From Gammaproteobacteria bacterium (lineage in GTDB: Bacteria; Pseudomonadota; Gammaproteobacteria; GRL18), in contig OY820613.1 of assembly GCA_963681975.1 (NCBI GenBank), forward strand, positions 1,510,434 through 1,542,433: a stretch of 32,000 bases of DNA. The letters run 5' to 3'. Each line of letters begins with the position of its first letter. Positions within the stretch are counted from its first letter, which is position 1. The notes below the pieces were generated by a model, which was not told the DNA's origin, did not search any database, and saw nothing but the letters and a program-made list of their open reading frames with translations. Of this stretch, positions 28,571 through 32,000 are shown piece by piece. A program made the position numbers and the translations under genes.

Positions 28571-28661
28571 GTCTTATCCACATACCCACAGGCCAGGCCT
28601 GTCAGTGAGATAAAACTGAAGGTCTCACCAACAGGCAGACCTATGAATATGTGGATAAGAC
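28571..28661. repeat. 91-bp nested palindromic element with 13-bp perfect terminal inverted repeats containing TTATCCACA
   Basis: The terminal repeats are gtcttatccacat (28571-28583) and atgtggataagac (28649-28661). Inner palindromes are acaggcc-a-ggcctgt (28587-28601) and cctgtcagtgaga..tctcaccaacagg (28598-28635). Confidence 0.6.
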
Positions 28662-28727
28662 TTATGCAAAACCTCTATTTATGGATTGCTTTATAAATGG
28701 GGGGATTACCAAAAGAGGAGAATAAAG

Positions 28728-29117
28728 GTGAAGAAATTACTTATTTTCTTGTTTGTTACTATATTTACTATAGGATGCGCAGGTAGAGCTGCTAATCCAG
28801 TTATGGTTCATCAATATGGTGATGAAAGAAAATCTTGCAAGGCATTAGAAAGGGAAATTAGCTACATTCATGATGAAATAAACATACTGATGCCACAAAC
28901 TGAAAAAACTGGAAAGAATGTTGCATTAGGTATTACTGGCGCTATATTTATCGTCCCTCTGTTTTTCATGGATCTAAGTCAAGCTGAACAGATGGAAGTT
29001 AATGCGTACCGTCAAAGATATAATCACCTTGTAATACTTGCAGAAGATAAAAACTGTGGATGGGAACGTGAACAGCTCCCTGACTCCAGAGGAGCAGGAC
29101 AATCTGCTAAAAAATAA
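28728..29117 (+). CDS. Lipoprotein of unknown function
   Basis: AGGAG precedes the GTG at 28728. The signal sequence is VKKLLIFLFVTIFTIGC, with lipobox TIGC. The mature part contains one hydrophobic segment (GITGAIFIVPLFFM). Confidence 0.75.
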   Translation: MKKLLIFLFVTIFTIGCAGRAANPVMVHQYGDERKSCKALEREISYIHDEINILMPQTEKTGKNVALGITGAIFIVPLFFMDLSQAEQMEVNAYRQRYNHLVILAEDKNCGWEREQLPDSRGAGQSAKK

Positions 29118-29295
29118 CTGTTAAACCGGCAATAAAGCATCTAAACATTGCTGGTTTTATTTTTAATATTTCCAGCGTAGTAGCGTAGCTCCAGCGTAGT
29201 AATTCACACAAATGAACTCAACCCCCCTCGAACTAATCCCTTGTTTTATCAGATATTTAAGAATATACTCAAATCTCCACCAGCTAATTTCAGCT

Positions 29296-29350
29296 CTTAA
29301 AATCCCTCGGTAGCAATACCGTGCCAGTTTGATTCCAGCCCTGGGCACCA
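29296..29350 (+). other. tRNA-Leu(UAA) 3' half (anticodon loop to CCA), degenerate; possible att remnant
   Basis: cttaaaatccctcgg-tagcaataccg-tgccagtttgattccagccctgggcacca parallels E. coli leuZ from the anticodon loop (TTTAAAATCCCTCGG..) through a variable-arm hairpin (cggta-gcaa-taccg) to the ..CCA end. The 5' half and the acceptor partner gcccagg are absent, and the T-stem has 2 mismatches. Confidence 0.55.
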
Positions 29351-29795
29351 TTTAAAATCAATAGCTTAGCATATTTCCACATAACCTCAGCATTATACTT
29401 TTAGGCCCCAAAAACACCCGTTTAGGCCAAAATCAGTATTTTTCGGGGGGATTACCCTACCAGCCACTCAAATAGGTGCTGCGAGATGCTAACTGACACA
29501 AAACGGCACACTTATACTACAGGATAGACTCCGGCGTATTGCTTTATTCAGAAGCCAGGCGTATTTCACTCAATTTCTCTGGCGAAATATGCCGTCATTT
29601 TTTTAAAAGGTCACGCTCCCGAATTAACCTGGCCAGTGATTGATATTGCACTCTATCAGCCTTATTGAATCGACAATATCAGCAAATGACTGAGCTTCTT
29701 TATACGTGAGCGCCAATTAATCCCACATTGACCTTCTACCCCACCTACTGTAATGCCTGAATTTTTTCGGCACACAGCCAGGGCAGTATATAAGA

Positions 29796-30431
29796 CTAAC
29801 TTTGTGCCTTTCTTCTCGGTTCATTGAGCACCTGAACCGGAGTTTCATCAGCCCGGATAATGGATTGCTGTAACTGATAATGAATAAGCCTTTGCAGCAG
29901 GGGCTGGCTCAGTTGGGCTGTTTTAATGCCGTTATCACACTGACGGCAGGCGTATTTGACCCGAATGTGCTCTATAACTTTAATCTGCGCAGGAATGATA
30001 TCCGGTTGTTCAGAGGTGTCTTCTCCGATTTCATGCAAAGCATGACCACAGCCGCAAACCTGCTCGCTTTTGGGTAATTCGTAACGAATTTGCTCTCCGG
30101 GCAGGTCTTTGGGTAAGGGTTTGCGACCGGGCTTTTTCCGGGTATAGGTAATGGTGATTTGAGCAGAGTCTGCTTCTGTATCATCCTGATGGGCGCATTC
30201 TTCTTCTACTATAATGCTTTCGGCTTCATTAAACAGCTCGGCCTGTGTATCGGGCTTTTCAGAAGAACGACCAAAGCGTTTATGTTGTAACAGGTTAAAC
30301 TGCTCTTCATAAAACCGGACTTTGGTTTCTAAATCCACTATCCTGGATTGCAGTTGAGCAATGGTTTTGTCGGTTGATGCGGCAGTGGGTGGCACCACAG
30401 GCCAGGTAAACCTGAGTGTTTTGATTAACAC
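29796..30431 (-). pseudogene. tnpC: IS66-family TnpC transposase, N-terminal part only
   Basis: A leucine zipper (AQLQSRIVDLETKVRFYEEQFNLLQHKRFGRSSEK) and zinc-finger region (CGCGHALHEIGED...YACRQC) are followed by ADETPVQVL. A premature stop comes before the catalytic core. Confidence 0.8.
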
Positions 30432-30442
30432 GCAATATTAAG

Positions 30443-30736
30443 CTATTTCAGTAAAGACAGTACTTGCATAAAGGTTGGCTGCTCAAAGCCTGGCTGGATT
30501 TCCAGACTTAAACCATTGGGCAGGTTTAAAATCAGACCTGAAACGGTCTTATCCTGAACAACCTGCACCGGTATTAAGCTCTCACTATCATCTGACTGCC
30601 TCAGAAATTTGGCTTTGTAGTAACTGAACATATGGGTTTTAAGGTTGTGCTGCTGACAGTATTGCTTCTGAGTCAGGCCGCTGGACTGCCAGGCCTGTAG
30701 GTGGGTGCGCATTTCTTCATCTCGTTCGTGGGGCAT
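30443..30736 (-). CDS. tnpA: IS66-family TnpA (Orf1) accessory protein
   Basis: ..MRTHLQAWQSSGLTQKQYCQQHNLKTHMFSYYKAKF.. is typical of IS66 Orf1. Confidence 0.8.
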   Translation of the reverse strand: MPHERDEEMRTHLQAWQSSGLTQKQYCQQHNLKTHMFSYYKAKFLRQSDDSESLIPVQVVQDKTVSGLILNLPNGLSLEIQPGFEQPTFMQVLSLLK

Positions 30737-30826
30737 AGGGTTACCTTTTATGATTATGAAATTATAAAAAGTAATAGTTTGAAGGATTTTAAGGGGTGGG
30801 GATAGGTGGGATTATTGGGCGCTTAC

Positions 30827-30962
30827 CAAAGTCCTGCCTGCTCCGTTTGCAACGCCCCGGTGCAATCACTTCACGCCGTACCCGGCTGCCGTCTACCACA
30901 CCCCAGCCAGCTTCTTTCAGGGCGGGGTCAATCAGTTCAGCTCGGGTTTCGGCTTCATTCAT
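30827..30962 (-). pseudogene. hsdR: Type I restriction enzyme R subunit, N-terminal 40-odd codons, cut by IS66
   Basis: MNEAETRAELIDPALKEAGWGVVDGSRVRREVIAPGRL matches the conserved HsdR N-terminal motif. The reading frame runs into the IS66 terminus at 30826. Confidence 0.75.
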
Positions 30963-31134
30963 ACCATTTCACCTGTTATTTCTATGTAAATCAAAACTGA
31001 ATCAAGAAAATAATATTTTTAACTTATTGTTTTTATTAGACTTGCTATTTCCACCGCCCATATTGGGCAATAAAAATCAAAATCCGGTCAAGAAAACAGC
31101 CCATCACATGCCGGCCTTTCGGCCTGCATCAATC

Positions 31135-31162
31135 TTGACACCCAAATATTTGTCGTTATAAT
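31135..31162 (+). promoter_or_regulatory. Perfect-consensus sigma70 promoter (TTGACA-16 nt-TATAAT)
   Basis: TTGACA lies at 31135-31140 and TATAAT at 31157-31162. The promoter points toward the 3' end of the convergent abi gene. Confidence 0.5.
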
Positions 31163-31232
31163 TAGTATCAATACGCCCGACACCTCTATACTTCTGTGTA
31201 CGTGTCGGTTCTCATTTCCGGCACCATAAATT

Positions 31233-31725
31233 CTACTCCAGCCAGCCCTCCGGCAAACCAAAATCACTCAGGGTCACCATGCCGCTGCCCGCATCAGGGA
31301 ATTCATTGAGTAGTACCGCAAAACGCTCAGACCATCTGGAATTTGGACAAATCACACGCATCAATCGCTGCATCAAACAGAAATAGAGAAACGGACGGGC
31401 ATTATTAAGTTGCTGCCAATAGCTATCATCTTGCGGTACCCTGGCCCGTTCCAGAACATTGATATTCCATAAACGACTGTGGTGCGCCGACACATTGCGA
31501 ATAAAGTTCAGGCCGCGCAGCCAACCGGTAAAATCCTTACTGTTATTGGCACCATATTTCGCAGCTATCTGCTCCCTGTGCTTAAACTGCATCCCCGCAT
31601 ACAGTTTCGAGAGCATGCCAAAGTCCCAGATTTCAATCGCTACCCAAATGGGTAAGCGACCATACTTATTCATGTAATATTCAACAAAGGGTGTACGCCG
31701 TGCACGATATAGCTGTCCCTGATAT
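31233..31725 (-). pseudogene. Abi_2 (AbiD/AbiF-like) abortive-infection protein, 5'-truncated
   Basis: ..LPIWVAIEIWDFGMLSKLY...WLRGLNFIRNVSAHHSRLWN is the Abi_2 core with an R..N..AHH motif. Homology continues upstream without a start codon (QGQLYRARRTPFVEYY) until the IS3-like end at about 31728. Confidence 0.8.
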
Positions 31726-31727
31726 TT

Positions 31728-31866
31728 TGATGTGGTCTAATATTTCCGTACACCTTATTAAGCATGTAAAATTACATGACGATGTGAAATATGATACAAG
31801 AGACCCAAACCAGAAAACGTTATACAGATGACTTTAAACGAGAAGCTGTAGCCTTAATTTGTAGTA
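31728..31866 (+). mobile_element. IS3-family left end plus the first ~25 codons of orfA
   Basis: The terminus is TGATGTGGTCTAATATTTCC... The ATG at 31790 opens MIQETQTRKRYTDDFKREAVALI, an IS3 OrfA N-terminus. It is interrupted at 31867. Confidence 0.55.
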
Positions 31867-32000
31867 GTTCAGACCTGATCTGACAGTCCTCCCGTTTTGA
31901 AGGTGTCTGTCAGATTAAACCTGAGCTAAATTTTTTTCAGCCCAGACTGATTTCCCATCAGTTAATGTATCCATGGGTGTTCTTCCACAACACATTTTTC
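31867..32000 (-). mobile_element. End of another IS with a transposase C-terminus, continuing beyond the window
   Basis: The terminus is gttcagacctgatctgacag, with the inverted repeat atctgacag/ctgtcagat. The minus-strand translation is ..KMCCGRTPMDTLTDGKSVWAEKNLAQV*. Confidence 0.5.

Larger units (their letters stand above)
29560..30826 (-). mobile_element. IS66-family element, 5' portion; the left boundary is undefined because of decay
   Basis: The terminus GTAAGCGCCCAATAATCCCACC is the reverse complement ending at 30826. The element contains tnpA and a tnpC N-terminus. Downstream sequence shows only frame-scrambled TnpC-like stretches. No tnpB is present. Confidence 0.75.

Noticed and set aside
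29163-29351. 62-aa ORF MVPRAGIKLARYCYRGIL...
   Set aside because: Its N-terminus is the characteristic reverse-strand translation of a tRNA acceptor/T-arm. It is explained by the tRNA-Leu fragment on the plus strand.
30281-30291. TATGTTGTAAC, an 11-nt match to the core of E. coli Ter sites, which I looked for because of the Tus homolog
   Set aside because: It lies inside the IS66 tnpC coding sequence 20 kb from the tus-like gene. It lacks the flanking Ter positions (the G at position 6 and the downstream TAA). The 8-mer core is expected about once by chance in this window. The divergent Tus homolog need not share E. coli specificity.
30796-31161. Plus-strand ORFs 30796-31161 and 30806-31000
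   Set aside because: They overlap the IS66 terminus and are antisense to the hsdR N-terminal fragment. They are Pro/Ser/Arg-rich and have no start context.

Overview
This window is an IS-saturated accessory region, moderately AT-rich by eye, with gene content that looks gammaproteobacterial. Most cargo genes are broken.

Left to right:
1. A copper/heavy-metal block on the minus strand. copA is intact up to the window edge. It is preceded by a frameshifted P-II-like gene and a cusA/czcA C-terminal stump cut by an IS4-family element whose transposase carries in-frame TGA and TAG stops.
2. A two-gene orphan cassette.
3. A roughly 5.8-kb plasmid/ICE-like module enclosed by two inward-facing IS256-family left ends. 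It holds a truncated tyrosine integrase, an RHH plus coiled-coil pair, twin divergent promoters around an AT-rich tract, a secreted SNase-type nuclease, a zinc-ribbon peptide, a Tus-family (replication terminus binding) homolog and a 355-aa orphan.
4. An intact dcm-vsr-EcoRII-like restriction-modification operon.
5. Four copies of a 1499-bp IS5-family element, one nested inside another. An AT-rich non-coding stretch with clustered DnaA boxes lies between two of the copies.
6. A translationally coupled SNF2 helicase / DUF4391 / KilA-N operon. The helicase has two nonsense codons and a frameshift.
7. An intact hicAB pair.
8. An IS graveyard with IS66, IS701-like and IS3 fragments.
9. A lipoprotein gene and a tRNA-Leu(UAA) 3' half.
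10. A type I R-M/Abi locus reduced to stumps.

The best candidates for something not yet characterised are the SNF2/DUF4391/KilA-N operon and the mobile Tus-family module with its symmetric control region. All calls come from manual translation and motif recognition; no database search was possible.
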